A stretch of DNA of 63,304 nt, the filler included, from Choristocarpus tenellus KU-1152 (lineage: Eukaryota; Protista; Phaeophyceae): the NCBI GenBank assembly GCA_964200185.2. It is 10 parts of 10 records of this genome, joined end to end, with 100 filler letters (N's around TTAATTAATTAA, not from the genome) between each part and the next. Parts side by side here need not be neighbours in the genome. Positions count along the whole stretch, not along the records: positions 1 to 3,637 come from CAXNAD020018814.1; positions 3,738 to 9,267 come from CAXNAD020010510.1; positions 9,368 to 20,664 come from CAXNAD020002401.1; 7 more parts are not named here. One strand, written 5' to 3'. The notes beneath the pieces were generated by a model. The model did no database searches and was not told the origin of the DNA. It was given only the letters and a program-made list of their open reading frames with translations. This document shows positions 1 to 13,689 of the stretch, piece after piece. The translations under genes were made by a program, and so were the position numbers. Within the stretch, counting starts at the first letter, position 1, and every line of letters starts with the position of its first letter.

Positions 1-59
1 CCCCCCCAGACACTTTGGGTTATTCAACCCCTTCATCATTCACGGAAGGTCGCTGCCGA

Positions 60-1008
60 ACGCCCCGTCTGCCCACGGACGTCAACACTTCTTGTACTTG
101 ATGGGACCTTTATTGCTGGCATGTCACTTTTTGACATATATGTACATAGCATTTTATCCACTCCGACCGTGGTACTGCATCCTGCAACATGACCATCAAA
201 GTCGCTGTGGTTCTCCCTTGATGGGAAGCTATCTCCGTCTTCAACAGACGGAACCGGTTGGCTAGCCCCTGTTCCGACTCTGACCTGGTTAAAGTAGTGT
301 CCCTCACAAGCAATGTGCGTCTGCCTATCTCGTACTGATCTGGGAGTCCACCCAGAATGGTCACTGTTGGGTTCTTCATCAGAAATTCTTTAGCCCATTG
401 CGGTCAATTTCTCTGCAAGTCAACGCACCTTTAGCACGTAGGGTTGGGGCTCCTCACCTGGTCAAAGCCTACTCGATCAGAGCTCGTCCCGAACTCTGAG
501 TCTCTCACCCAAGTTTCACGGTTCGTATAATAGTCCATCAGTGCGTCCATTGCGATTCTTGGTGTCTCTTGGTCCATCACAATTTCCAGGGCCATCCGCC
601 CCCTCTTATAAATATATCCCGATCATCTGCCCTCCCTCAATCCGCTCCTTCCTGCAGGTGGTCCAGTTCTCCGCTGAATGCGTGAGATATCCTACTCACA
701 GATACAAAAGCGCGAAATTAAGTTTTCCCTGCAATCCAATCATCGGTCTCTCCGCCCCACACTTGTACCTCCAACCTGTACATTGAATCCCTGCTCCTCT
801 GCAGGGGTTGTGGTTGTACCTGCTTCTCCTGTTGTGCCGGCTGCCCTAACACAGCCTGCCCTCCTTGCTGGGGCAACACACCTTCCACCGCCCTAGCTAC
901 AGCCAAGGTCACACGCTCCCCTACCTGTGCCCCGACCCTCTCGGCCAGCCTCGATTCAACGGCTCCCTCGATTTCTGCCGCCATGTCTTGGTTACCTCCT
1001 GAAGTCAT
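60..1008 (-). mobile_element. Degenerate Ty1/Copia gag-like remnant
   Basis: TILGGLPDQYEI...LTRSESEQGLANRF resembles the Copia gag (Retrotran_gag_2/UBN2) motif, followed by a broken Cys knuckle (KCYV.C); stops and frameshifts present. Confidence 0.55.
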
Positions 1009-1718
1009 GACAGGCCTGTCTCTTCCTTATGCTACCCCCTCAAATCAAGCAGGTAACACAGTACCCTCCAGTCTGTGGCGTACTGTAGGGACGATATCTT
1101 CATTTAAAAACATGTTCGCACGCCACGAGAATATACTGCCTCACCACAAATGAAATGATGGTGCAGAATATACTTTGTTGATTTACAGGCAGGAGGGGGC
1201 TGCCAATTACAAAAGGGGGGTGTTCTCCTACCCTCCATAATCATCCTAGCAAGCAATCTTAGAAATTACCAAACATTATATTTCCAAGAACATTACTTGA
1301 ATATCACGATATTTAATGTTCCCATCTATCACCCACGACTCATTCCAGTCACACTATCTTCGCTATATACACATTTCTAACCTCCTGTATACTAATTGTA
1401 GAATATTGTGTGTGTAAAGTACTACAACGCATGTCCCTATGCAAACAACACAATCCACACAGATGGATGGGATGCACAGAAGCAACTCGGTTTTATTGAA
1501 GCACATATAATTGAGAGAGCCGGTACTGTAATGTTTACTCGGTTTCATACGGTACGTACATAAGAGAGCCAGTGCCAGTAAGTACAGAATAGACAGGTAG
1601 ATGAACAGACATGAACTATTTGGTTTTTCACGGTACGTACATGAGAGGGGCCAAAACGATCATAAAGGGACCATATCAGTGAATAAAAGATAGTGAAACT
1701 GTCACATGTGAGTACGAT

Positions 1719-1720
<2 letters not shown>

Positions 1721-1768
<48 letters not shown>
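1721..1768. repeat. (GA)n microsatellite. Also (CT)n at ~52362-52396 and (CAACA)n at ~62966-63000
   Basis: Direct reading. Confidence 0.95.
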
Positions 1769-1771
<3 letters not shown>

Positions 1772-3637
1772 CATGTGTATACTCTTCATCCTCCTCCCTC
1801 CATCTCCTTCCTCACCCACCCACCTTCTTTGGCTCCTTCTCCAGTAGCACCCGCACTATATCATCGTTTCTGATGTCGATTCGCTCTACCTCATTTGTCA
1901 CAAATAGGACGTGATCGCTTACCTGAAGTGCACCAGCATCAAACAGTGCAACATGCCCAGGACAGGAAGGTAGGTCCCACAGAAAAAAAAGAATATTAAC
2001 GCAGATGAACCGATAAAAGTACATGTATCACATCACGTGAAAAAGAAGCAGGAGGGCGAAGCACAATACGTGCGTTCGGAAGGAGAGAGGGAAGGAGGGA
2101 GGGGGGGTGGGGGGTGGGGGGGGGGGGAAGACATCAGAAGTGTCATGAGTCTTCATTTTCATCTTTGCGCCAACTGTAATCAAAATTAGAGTTCATTAAT
2201 ACCAGCCACGACAGGCAGCTGCGTTCCTGGGGACACCAGCACAATGGTAAAAGAAAAAAAAACTGTATACAAGTAAATGAGATGCCACAAATGAAGATAC
2301 TAGTACTATCATCAATGTTAAAAAACATATATATATATTTCATTCTACCATACTCCGAAAGGGAGAGGGACCTTGGCCTCGTCCCGGTATTAGCCGTGGA
2401 AAAAAAAGGAAATAAAAATAAAAATAATCACGACGGTGTATGTTGAGCAAGCAAGAAAACGGATGATGGCGCAATGTATACCAGCTTATCTCATACAAAG
2501 GGTGTATGGACCATAGTGCGTATCAATAGTCAGAACACTACTACTAGTCCACTCCAACAGAACTCAACCCTCGACCCCCTCCCCTCCCCACCAAAGAGTT
2601 GAAGAAGAATTCACAACATAAAGGTCAACCGCTGTATGATAATCAGGCGTTTGACTCAGATGGACACCAGGTAGTTGCCGGCTGTGGACTTTAAAAAAAA
2701 TAGAGTTCAGGTAGCCTGATAACAGAGTGAGACAGACAGGATTTCATACTTCTTTTCAATTTGTGTTGGTACCATTGTGCCCCCCCCTCCCTCCACCTGC
2801 TCCTAACATCCCAGGGATGACACGTATCATCTTGATAAATTAATACCTTACCACGTCCCAGGAGACATTATTACAGTCAGCAAGCCCACTCTGTAGCCGG
2901 ACAAGAATCGCTACGTAGCAACATGCAACCCTCTGTCGTGTCCGCAAAGCATGTTGTTGAATTGTTTTGTATGATCCTGGGAAGGTTGGTCCAGTGTTGC
3001 AGTCTTACCATCTTGCTATCATTAATCACAAAGCACAAGCGCTGACACGGCATGGACTAAATACTAAAAAACTGATGCCAAGCACGCCAATCTTCTATCC
3101 CGAAACCCAAACACACAACCACTATCCACAGTTGTCCTAGACGAACCTATAGTTAACTCTGCTAAAATCACCACAAGCAAAAACCAATCAGGTACACTTC
3201 ATTTTTCTTTCTTTAAGTAGTCAAAGAAAAAACAAACAACGCAATATTGTAGATAATAGTAGTACATTCGCACTTAGCCCAATACAGTTGAAAAAATCTA
3301 ATACCATGAAAAGGGTACAGTGTGGTGGTACCCAATAGTACCCTATCATAGTCATAAGAAGTAAGCCGGCAGAGTGACATATATATGCGCATCTAGTTAC
3401 TGCTGCAGTAACCATGATTAACCAAGAAGGGGTTAACCACACCTACAAACCCAACACTCAACCCAGTCAACATATTGTCCCGTGAAACCTCATAGAAGTA
3501 TCAATCTTCAACCACGGTTTTGCCTCAGATCAATCTTCAGTGTTGCTATCCTTCTGCCCCCCCCCCCCCCCCCTTTCCCCTCCCCCCCCCACGTTCAATC
3601 AACCTTTGGACCCACACCTCGCGCACCGAAGTTCGTT

Positions 3638-3737
3638 NNNNNNNNNNNNNNNNNNNNNNNNNNNNNNNNNNNNNNNNNNNNTTAATTAATTAANNNNNNN
3701 NNNNNNNNNNNNNNNNNNNNNNNNNNNNNNNNNNNNN
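3638..3737. other. Artificial contig linker (N44-TTAATTAATTAA-N44). Same linker at 9268-9367, 20665-20764, 35447-35546, 40678-40777, 50880-50979, 54514-54613, 57964-58063 and 60644-60743
   Basis: Nine identical 100-bp blocks; TTAATTAATTAA gives stops in all six frames. Confidence 0.98.
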
Positions 3738-6457
3738 AGCTTTACAGCTCAGAAAGCACCCAGTAGGCAGAGCATATATCATTGAAATGGGGGGAAAGGG
3801 GTGGGGGGAAGGGGGGTGCTGTTATTGTACATGCAGGCAAGTTTTTTGAGAGGCGAAAATAGGGTGTTTTGAATGTTTGCTCTAGCTCTGTGCCCCCACT
3901 CCTATAGGCAAGCTTGTGATTCACACTCATAGGCGGCTTAGCATGTAAGAGGTTCTATTTTAATGTTAGGAAATGTAGGCGGGTACAACAAGAGGCCTTC
4001 CTTACAGAAGCCCTTGCGTAATATGTGTGTTTAGAGAAGCGGAGCTGGGGGTGTGTTTGGATTGGTGGGATTGGCTGCCTGCCGACTTGAGCACCTCTTG
4101 CAACTTAGGAGGATATTACAGTAGCAGAGGAGTATGAAGTTAGCCACACACTGCCGCATTGACATATACACAGCCCTTTTGGGCGATTTGCAAGAGGAGT
4201 TGATAGTGGCCAGAGAAAGAGGAGGGGTGGGTTGAATACGGTGAGCATCTGGTGTTTTGTACACAAGAAAAAGTCTGCCTAGATTGTTACGCCAAGCATG
4301 GTCATCATTATTCAATGCACATGGGATGGACGTGGGGGCACGTATGCTGTGAAGGGGGTTGATTGCAGGCGATAGTGGTATTGCTTTTTACCAGCATAAT
4401 AAGGAAATGCTTATTCAAGAAAAATGTGGCTGGTCGTATCATTTCACATAGATCCTAGACATTTCCCTACCATGCGCAGTATATGCTGATTTAGGAGCTA
4501 TTTCATATATATGTATGTGTGTATGTGTCGTGTTCTTTGCATTCTTGCTAAGTGTACGATAATATGGCACTGGAGGTGTGTTGAAAGATTGTGCCAGACA
4601 AGAGGGTGGGCTGATGTTACAAACATGTCCCTCACGGTTGTGTCACAGTGGTAGTCGTATTGAAAAGATTGGGTGATGTTTTTCACCATAGGGCACAAAC
4701 TAGTTGTTTGCACAGCCAGTAGGGGGGCGGAATAACTGCACATTAAGGCTAGTTTTTTAATACATTTTTGTGATTTGATTAATTAAAATGGATAATAAGA
4801 AACTTGTTAGTGCGAAAAGGGACATCATCAATTGATCTCCATGGGACTGAGTAAATACAAGCCAAACATGACCTCACTGAGTATCGATCAAGGCAAATAC
4901 CTTGAATCATCATTTCAACAAGACAAAATATTATATTGAACAATAGTGAAGTTTTGTAAGCTTCGAGACATTTTTTTAGCATATTATTCACACAAGCACT
5001 CTCTGGAAATGCCCACTTTCTTTGGTTGTTCCTACATGTGCAACCTTGCAAAATGTCCTTGAGCATTTGTTCCTGTTGTATTCAAGTTAACTTTGGCAAA
5101 TGATACCCATTTTGTGTGAGTGTGTGTGTGTTACACTTACACAGTACAGTAGCACCAAGTGTTTTGAATCAACCTCTTAATATCCAGATATCGTTTTGCA
5201 TGACATCACTTTCCCAGCCCATTCTATTATGACTTGGTCGTGAATATTAGATCTGGTACTGGTACAAATATTGTACCAAAAAAGTGTGTTTTTGAATTAA
5301 TTTAATGTTCGTTTCTGATCATTGGAATAAGCAACCGGTTGCTGCTCCGCTTCAGACTTAAAAACAGGCAGCGTTTATGACAAATTAATGTCATGTTTTG
5401 AAAAATTTAGTAGTACTTGAAAATCATTTTTATAGTCGATCAAAACTTGGACAGCAGCCTTCAGCTAGATACCACACCATTTTATTAATAATAGTACGTT
5501 GTCGTATGGAGTATGGGGGTGTATGCCAGACATATGCTTCATAGTCATAGAAAACACCAGCAGTAGTAGTTCATTTTACAACGAAAACGATACATTATAC
5601 GACAGATACCTTTACCTTTTACATTGGTGCCCCGCTTCAAATAATGTCCATTGTTCATGTTGAAGATTTTTCTATGTTGCAGGTGGTATAGAGGTTGAAA
5701 TGTTGGCCTGTTATTCATCAGTATCTAAATGCATGCGTGGATAAATAATTAGAGCTAGAAGAGGACTCGTACCAAGCATGTTTTACTCATAGACAACAAA
5801 AGGTAGATGTGCGACACCGGGGTGAGTGACTAGTTCGACCCTCTTGATAGCAAGTAGTGCCAGTAATAGAACAGAGTAGCAGTGGTCACCTTCCCGCACC
5901 AACCTCGCACAAGCACCTGCCAGTAAGAGTGTATGTTACACATTTGCAGTTCCGTGGCAGGTACTTTTCGGTCAGAACACCAGTAGTACTTGAGGTGTAA
6001 ATATATATGACAAAGTAGAAGTGTAGTGTATAGTAAGAAACTCCTAATACCATTCAGAATAAGAAATTAGTGAGAAAAATAGACTTAACAACCTGGGGTG
6101 GGTACAAACTTTCTAGATACTCTAAGCACCACTTCGAAGTATCATTTTTGCGAGTGAGGAGAACTCTTATGACCAGTGCTTTAACTTGAAGGTGTTTAGT
6201 GGATGCGATGCATACTTATTTACATACAATTGTGCCCTCTGAGATTCTGGAGATGTGTCAGGGAAAAAGCCAATTCAATATCATAAGGACCCCTGTGGTA
6301 TCATGTGGATTATTCTGATTTCCGTTCAAAGAAATCGGAGATATGCAGAGTGGTATATTGCTCTGCATTTACCATAAACGGTGCAACGAATTCCACACGT
6401 ACTGCCAACAGTAGTTTCGTTATAGTCATACCGTACCACGAACTGAACCAATACCCT

Positions 6458-8253
6458 ATTGTATTATTATGCCCTCTGATATTTTGCAGATGTGTCAGGG
6501 GAAAAAACAATGAAAAACCATTCAAATATCAGAGCAACCCCTGAAAAAGTAAGAGTTACCGTAAATGTGAAAGAAGTATGGTGGGGTTTTTCCATCATAA
6601 CGTTTGATGTAGACATCGGATTTAAAAAATAAATGCATATTCGTGATGCCCGTCACAGTGCCGTCCAGATTACGAGCTTGGTATTTCTTTCGCCATTTTT
6701 TTCATTTTTGAAGAAAGAGAGGTCATACTGGGGTTCGAACCCTGGATTGTAGGTCACCAAGAGTGGCAACAGATATACTATTACTTGATCAAAGTGTAAG
6801 GTTTAAGAAGGAAAAAAGCCTCCCTACCCTTTCTTCGGATGTATTCGCGCGCCCACTCTTTGACCTCGGCAAGGATGTCCTCATCGAGGCCCAGAACGAA
6901 GCGCCTCTCGTCGCGCCCTTGCTCTGACACCTTGATTTGGCCCTTAGTTAGGAAGTCTCTCTCCCATTTACTCACAGTTTCCGACCTGACCATCACCTAT
7001 CCTGCTGCCATCTCAAGCGCTGTTTGATAGTCTTTCCCATCGTTCATACACAGGTACAGGATTCGCAGTGTTAGAGCCTTAACTACCACATTTCCTCGTT
7101 GAGCACCGGAAATGGGTTACCTACCTTCTTTCGTGGTTCAGAGCCATTGTAGCCCAACCCTAACACCTTCACGTTTCCTTAAGCCACTCCGCCTCGCACA
7201 GCTTCCAAACAGCCAGGGCCTGCTATTCTACACCCGGGTTTTCACTTAGGCGTTTCCTGAGCGCAATGGTACGTAGTCGCACTGCTCTCCTCCCCAACCT
7301 TCCCTTTGCCCGGCCACTCTGGTTCTCCCTTCGCCTGCCTTGACCAGGCTTCCCCACAGACTTCATCACTGTACCACACCTGGTGATGGACTCGCTGTTC
7401 TCTTCTTGCTTTCCCGAGGCAGCAGAGACTGCAGAGCAGTGCCCCAACGTGGTTGAAGACCCAACCACGTTTGTGTGTTAATGCTTTCAATGCATCTTCT
7501 CTCAGCGTCAGTGTCGCGACCGCGTGGTCCATTTCGCGATTCGATCATGCTGCTGCGCCACACTACTCGCACTTTCTTGTCACCTAACATCGCACTGAGT
7601 TTCACACGGTACTTGTTTTTCCGGCCTCTCTTGACAGAGAAGGTGCCGAGGGTAGATCCAGAGGACAGAGTGGCCTCAGCGGCTCTCCTTGTCTCACCGT
7701 CGTGGTTCATGTTGTTGCGTAAATCACATGTGTGTGTGCTCACAGAAAGTCTACAAAAGGCGTTGAAAAGATGTCCGGAAATGAAACTTTTTTCGGGAAC
7801 ATCACACCAGCCAAAATTGGACAGGGATCTATACCGGACCAGTTTTCTGCAAGGAGTTCAGCCAGTCACTTCATTTTTGTTGATTTTGAAGTTGTGACCT
7901 TCACAATTGCGCCGGAGATATTCCCCCGCGTTTTTCCATTATTTGATCGGGACAAGCTCCCGTTCCCCAAAGTTTCAATAAAATCCAGTACAACCCTTCA
8001 AAAAAAGCTCTTGTCATACCCTTTCATTTTATATATATATATATTGTTCTATATCTGTTGTGATGTTCCCGTGAACAAATTCAAGATTGCCACAGAGGGT
8101 GAAGCTACTGGTACCACCTTACCCTATATTATATTCTCGCACTCTATCACGATCGAAAAAAGCTCAGAACAATGTTTTACTGACATGTGGATAGTTTTCA
8201 TTGGTTTCCCCCCTGACACATCTGGAAGTTGTCAGAGGGCATAATAATACAAT
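6458..8253 (-). mobile_element. ~1.8-kb TIR-bounded non-autonomous DNA transposon carrying a decayed transposase-like N-terminus
   Basis: ~62-bp inverted repeats ATTGTATTATTATGCCCTCTGA...AGATGTGTCAGGGG at 6458-6520 and 8191-8253. Internal 7070-8030 is homologous to 56890-57864. Peptide SETVSKWERDF..KGQIKVSEQG..RR..L..DEDI resembles a transposase HTH region. Confidence 0.6.
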
Positions 8254-9367
8254 GTTTTTAGAATCAATACTTCCGATAGTGACACTATGGAGAAACTTGC
8301 TAAAGAAAAGTTTCGTAAATTATCAAGGGATGGGGTCGTATTGATGACATAGGTGTCAATACGTCATAGAAACTTATGTTCACCTAATTAAGTTGTATCA
8401 TCTTCCACATGGAAGCCCTCTCTCTTCTGACCCACCCAACGGTTGTGCCACTACACTGATTCATCTTGTGAGTGTATCATTTGAGTGAGTGTACACATCG
8501 TCACCGGTGGTAGCGTTTTTTTTAGTGAGTGCATCCATCGTCACCATTGTTAAGAATGGTGTTGATAAGAGCACGTGGTACTAAGTAGTAAGTAGTAGTA
8601 ATCAAGAAATATTGATTTTGTCAGTAAAATTAGTATAAAATAACCCGAAGTACTACTACTGCAGGGTCTAACCAGTCCTGAGGGGTGATGAAAAATACAG
8701 GAAGCTAGAAAGAGGGGTTGCTTCAGCAAAGCCCAAAAGCCTCGCAGTCATCAAAAGAGCCAGAGGATCGAGACCGTGAAAAAGGAAACACTTTCCTGAC
8801 CGAGATTCCGACAACAACTTTTGGTTTGTCAAGATTATGCTTGACCATTTGTGAGAATATGACTTGAAGTATTATTTTATGTATGCACAGAAGATAATGC
8901 GGGACATTCGGGATGTTTAGGCGGGGTATTTGACCAGAAGTAATCGGCGAACTATTAGGGTCGGAGTGTTTCTGACGTGTACTAGAGAAACGTTGAGTCA
9001 TTTGATATTCTGAGTCATTCAATGTAAGGACTGGTGAGCCCCACCTAGTAAACAGGTACAATAATATAACTAGTTGTGTGGGACAACAGATCGTCAAGGA
9101 CAGCTTAACATGCTATAGCACCATAATAAGCGTGCTTGCGTAGTTATTTTACTTGGATTTTAGCTATCACCAGGAAGGAGTCAAGATAAATCATGATGCC
9201 CAGATCAAGAATCGATCCAAGTCTTAACTCCATAGATGACGGAATGGATGAAATGACTGTGACCCGGNNNNNNNNNNNNNNNNNNNNNNNNNNNNNNNNN
9301 NNNNNNNNNNNTTAATTAATTAANNNNNNNNNNNNNNNNNNNNNNNNNNNNNNNNNNNNNNNNNNNN

Positions 9368-9545
9368 TTGGATGTCGACGGGTGGAAGCAGATCCTACAC
9401 CAGGGTGTCCATTTGGACTACAACCAGGAAACGTGAACTTACATTCTCAATCCGACGTATGCAACCAAATCACACAAAAATCGGGACATGAACAAATCAG
9501 CCCCAAATAGACAGCCGCCACACACAACCCAGATACTTTGAGCCC
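9368..9545. mobile_element. End of a TIR element related to the GAG...CTC MITE, inserted into the mariner
   Basis: CCCCAAATAGAC...CCCAGATACTTTGAGCCC resembles the MITE right end; mariner homology stops exactly here; 9395-9430 matches 50845-50879. Confidence 0.6.
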
Positions 9546-10700
9546 GATGGCTGCGTCACAAGCCTAATCGACCACCCCTCAGTCTTCCCTACCCCTGCCA
9601 AGATTTCTGAGTTGCCCTTGCCCGTGTGTGGGGTGTCCCCATCTTGCTGAACGACAACATGCTTCCCCTGCAACCAAGGCATCTTGGTCTTGATTGCAGG
9701 CAGTAACTCCTCCATGCACCACTTCCTTTACCACAAATGGTCCTGGAAGGTAACTATCATCCTCATGCGGAAATACTCTAACCCTTTCCCCATCAGCCAT
9801 CACGTAAAACCAGATTTCATCCACATGGATCGTGTTCGCCATGGAGGCGTACACACCACGTTTCCGATCCACTTGATCGCAAACAAAATCCCTTCTCCAT
9901 ACCTTTTGACACGATTTAAGCTTGGGTTTGATCTAGCGGCGATTCAGCATGGCCCCCATATCATCCAATCACCGGTTTATGGTGCTCATGCTATAATTCA
10001 GCCCCTTGGCGACCATCTTCATTATCACCTGACACACTGTGGATGTCCGATTTTCAGAGTTGATACTATGTATTGCGATCATCTTGGTCGGTGTGAGCTC
10101 CAAAGGCTGCCCACTACTTGCCGCCACCCCTAGGCCAAGAGTGTGGCCACAGGTGAGCTGATTGGCAACGTCCTCCCAGAGCCACTCCAAACTCCGCTGC
10201 GAGGACCGGCCCAATGTGTCTCGGCAGTTTATGCTCACCAGCGACCGTGGTGAGGGCGTGCCGCACTGCAAGTGCAAGCCGCACTGCAAGTGCAACCCTG
10301 GTATTCAGGGAGACTTGGGCACCCTTCCTACGCGGGGGGGTCGACGAGGGGGTTGCCATGCCGACATTCTGACCCTCGAAGTGTCGAGTTCTGGTCTCGA
10401 AATCACCCCAAGAGACCCCTACTTTGACGGCTTGAAGCACCTCGAGTTTGTACCTGATGATCCTCGACTCTCACCTTTTCTGAAAGCTGAGATTATCAAC
10501 CCAATTTCATCCTATGAGTTATTGTCCGATTCGGCGCCGTTCTCGCTCGTAGAGCCCAGATGTTTCGTGGCACAAACTTATGGCACAAAGGTAGTAGCAT
10601 CTAGAGGTCGTGTCATCAGTCCAATTCGCGCAAAGATACCGATATACAAGGACATTCTTCTTACAGAGACAAAGTGAACGAGAGGTTACGTAGAAGTTCC
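9546..10700 (-). mobile_element. Plant-type mariner (Tc1/mariner) transposase pseudogene, truncated by another element at 9545
   Basis: IHVDEIWFY, LLPAIKTKMP, VVVQQDGDTPH and LVTQP motifs spread over frameshifted ORFs. Confidence 0.85.
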
Positions 10701-12074
10701 ATTTTAAGGGTGTGGATAAATATAGTCATACATTACTATGGTATTTCAAGTAGGTTAATAAGTAACAATAATAACAATGAGATATTTAAAAAAAAAACTT
10801 GATACTTCACTTTTGAGCAAGTTAAAAGAAAAAGTTGTGTTTGTGCAAAATTCGCCTTTTTTACTATTCCGTATAGTATATTTTCCGAGTTTTGTCGAAA
10901 AGTTAAAAACAATGAGAAATCAAACGTCTGAAGGCAAACTTAGGACTTCATCCATAGAAATATGGGTGAATTGCGCCCAGTTTGGCTCACAAATATTGGA
11001 ACGTAGCTCCTCTTTAACAGTTACAAAAAAGGTACACAACGGTACATCTTTTCATACCTAAAGGCTGTGTCTCCATTCCATTTTACACAGAGATTTCGAT
11101 CCTCCACGACATGCGTAGAGGCTTTGCCATGTACCTTCACTTTGGTGGTTACAACAATTTTAGTACATTTGTTTTGGTACGTTTCGTAACACCTAGAAGA
11201 CGTGTGTCACCAGTCCAACTTGTGCAAATATATCCTTTTGAGGCAACATACATGAAGCAAGCATGTTCATTGTGAATAGTAGAAAAACAACAATACACGT
11301 TGTCGTCCTCAAAATGATTACATTTTGGAAAAGTGAAGAGATCGCACAACTTATCGTCGTGCGTTTTTGTGTGTGACAATGACGGTGATATACTCACATA
11401 TAAAGGCATTGTGTTTGTACAGGGTCCCCAGAATAATCGCACGTATAGCAAGTGCGCCTCATAGATGCAAACGACCCTGCATCCCACCACTAATAGAATG
11501 TCACTTTCGCAATTTGAAACCTCCCCTTCTCTTCTACTTTGCCATTTTTTTCTGCCTAACAATGCTAAGGGATGGTCAGCCCACATCGTGATGTATTTGC
11601 TTCTTCAAGGTCTGGCAGGGCCCTGGTCTTTGATGCCTTCTTTGGTCTAGGATTCCTTTTTTGTCACTGTGAGGGTCGAATTTTCGCACACACCTCGTCA
11701 GGAGGTTGGAGCTAGTCGGGGTACAGATGCTGGGAACCATATCCCTGGTGGAGACAATGGAGACGAACAAGACACAGTACACGTTGATCCAACACCAGAA
11801 GAAGAGGAGAGCCTCCTTAGGGAGTGGAAGGTTCCTTCTGGACAGACAATCGTGACCAAGGTTGGTACCCTCCATCCACACACTCCTCGTACTCGAGCGT
11901 TTTGCCTCTATTACTCGCTTTTTTTTCATTACTTGATCGAGGGATTTCCCCAAAACCCGTATCTAAGGTTAAGCAAAATAGAATAAAGTAAGGCACAAAG
12001 CTGCTCGAGATCAGCAGTACAGCTACACCCATACATTATATGCGCTTAACCAGCAGACCATTTGCTTCTGCAGA

Positions 12075-13025
12075 AGCATGAACAGATCCCCATTGGAAGA
12101 GTCCACCTTTCCTAGCTTGACACAGTTCACCCATGCCCCTCGCTTTCCTCCTTGTACTGTTAGTTCACTACGGTTGCTTGGCTGGTGGATGTTGCCCTCC
12201 TCTTTCCTCCCCAAGCATAACTCACATAGCCCACTTTGCCTTCCTATCCGTTGTCCTGTGACTGCTAAATGGTAGATCTTCTCCTCCTCCTTTTCTTTCC
12301 CTCCCAGCACAGCCCCCCCGGGTTTAAATTACCCAGGCACAAATTATTGTTTAACTTCGAAAAGGTACACATCAAATCTAGAATCAACCCTTGAACGATA
12401 AAACTCAGCAATTGTATTGCTACAGTGCAAGATACATGTTTATACTTTACAAAGTGGGTTGACAAGGTAATGCTCCAGGGGTTTGTAATAAGTTAGTTTT
12501 ATCGAAGGGAAGTGAAACTTAACCTTGTCAACGGTGCAGAGGGATAGATGAAAAGCAATACAAAGAATTTGTCACAGTCCTGAACAGCACATACGACAAA
12601 AAAAAATGATTGTAGATTTATCGTGGAAAATTGTATGGAGAATGAAGTACAAAGTATCTTGGGAAAAGTGCGAAAAAAGCGTATGCCTTAAGCTTGACTT
12701 ATCAATAGTAAGGTTCCTTACTGAACAAGAACTTGCAGCCATACTGATCAAAATACAACGATTGAAGGTTTTGATGAGAACGTTTTTACAGAACTTTTTT
12801 GGTCCATTTTTTTAATATCTCAAAAAGCTCCATATATTTGAAATGAGAGTTAAAAAAGGATGCATAGATATAATTACCCAGCACAGCCCCCCTCGATATG
12901 CTTTACCCAGGCACGCACCACTGCTATTCTTTAAGGAGCTGCTAGAGCACAAGGGATACCAACTGGCGGAGGTTCGCCTCCTCTTTCCCTCCCAGCACAG
13001 TTCCTCCCTAATACCCAGGCGTAGC
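12075..13025 (+). repeat. Dispersed unclassified repeat with CCCAGCACAG / TTACCCAGGCAC motifs; relatives at ~50190-50810 and ~60790-60960
   Basis: Recurrent motifs at 12303, 12877, 12991, 50625 and 60798. Confidence 0.5.
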
Positions 13026-13430
13026 TCTGTGTGTGTGTGAGGCCTCCAATACTCCATCCTGGTCACTCCAGATCGGCAGTGGCCGAGTACAGTTTTTGTA
13101 AGTGTGGGACACAAAACTATTCAATAGGGTTAGTGTTTGAAAGGATCGTCGCAACAAGTTCTCCTGAGGTTTGAGTGCATTAAATTTTCTAGACAGGTGG
13201 AATGCTGTTCACAAAGTGTCAAGGAATGTTTGTGATGTGATGTGCAGGGACCAGGTACACAAGAACATGTTGTGGTAATGGACACCCAGAAGAGAAGGAT
13301 ATCTTCTCCATATGTTCATATGACAAACAGATACGAACGCAGCAGCATAAATAAAGCAGATATCAGAGTACTTCCTTTATTTAGTTGCGTTGATTTGAGC
13401 GAATGTGAATTAACCTTACAGCTCCCATCT

Positions 13431-13689
13431 GGGTGAAAGTACCTTAGAGAGTACGAGTTTTGCCCTGTTTGTCCGTTTGGGTCTTGGCTTCCCATGAGCT
13501 TAATTATGGCTTTTTCCCACTCTGAAATGTTTCGGAGTAGGAAAATGTATACCTCATGAAAAGGTGTGTCGTGAACAATGATACTTCACTCTCCCTAACA
13601 AACACGATAGCCAAAATTACATCAAAATCGCAACATTTTATTTTGTGCCCCAAATGGTCATGGCTCTACTCTCTAAGATACTTTGTTTC
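13431..13689 (+). mobile_element. 259-bp Sola-like MITE, copy A
   Basis: Imperfect 23-bp TIRs; flanks ATCT/ATCA (decayed 4-bp TSD). Confidence 0.9.

Noticed and set aside
6722-6760. tRNA B-box-like GGTTCGAACCC (also GGTTCGAATC at 45242)
   Set aside because: No cloverleaf could be built; at most SINE debris
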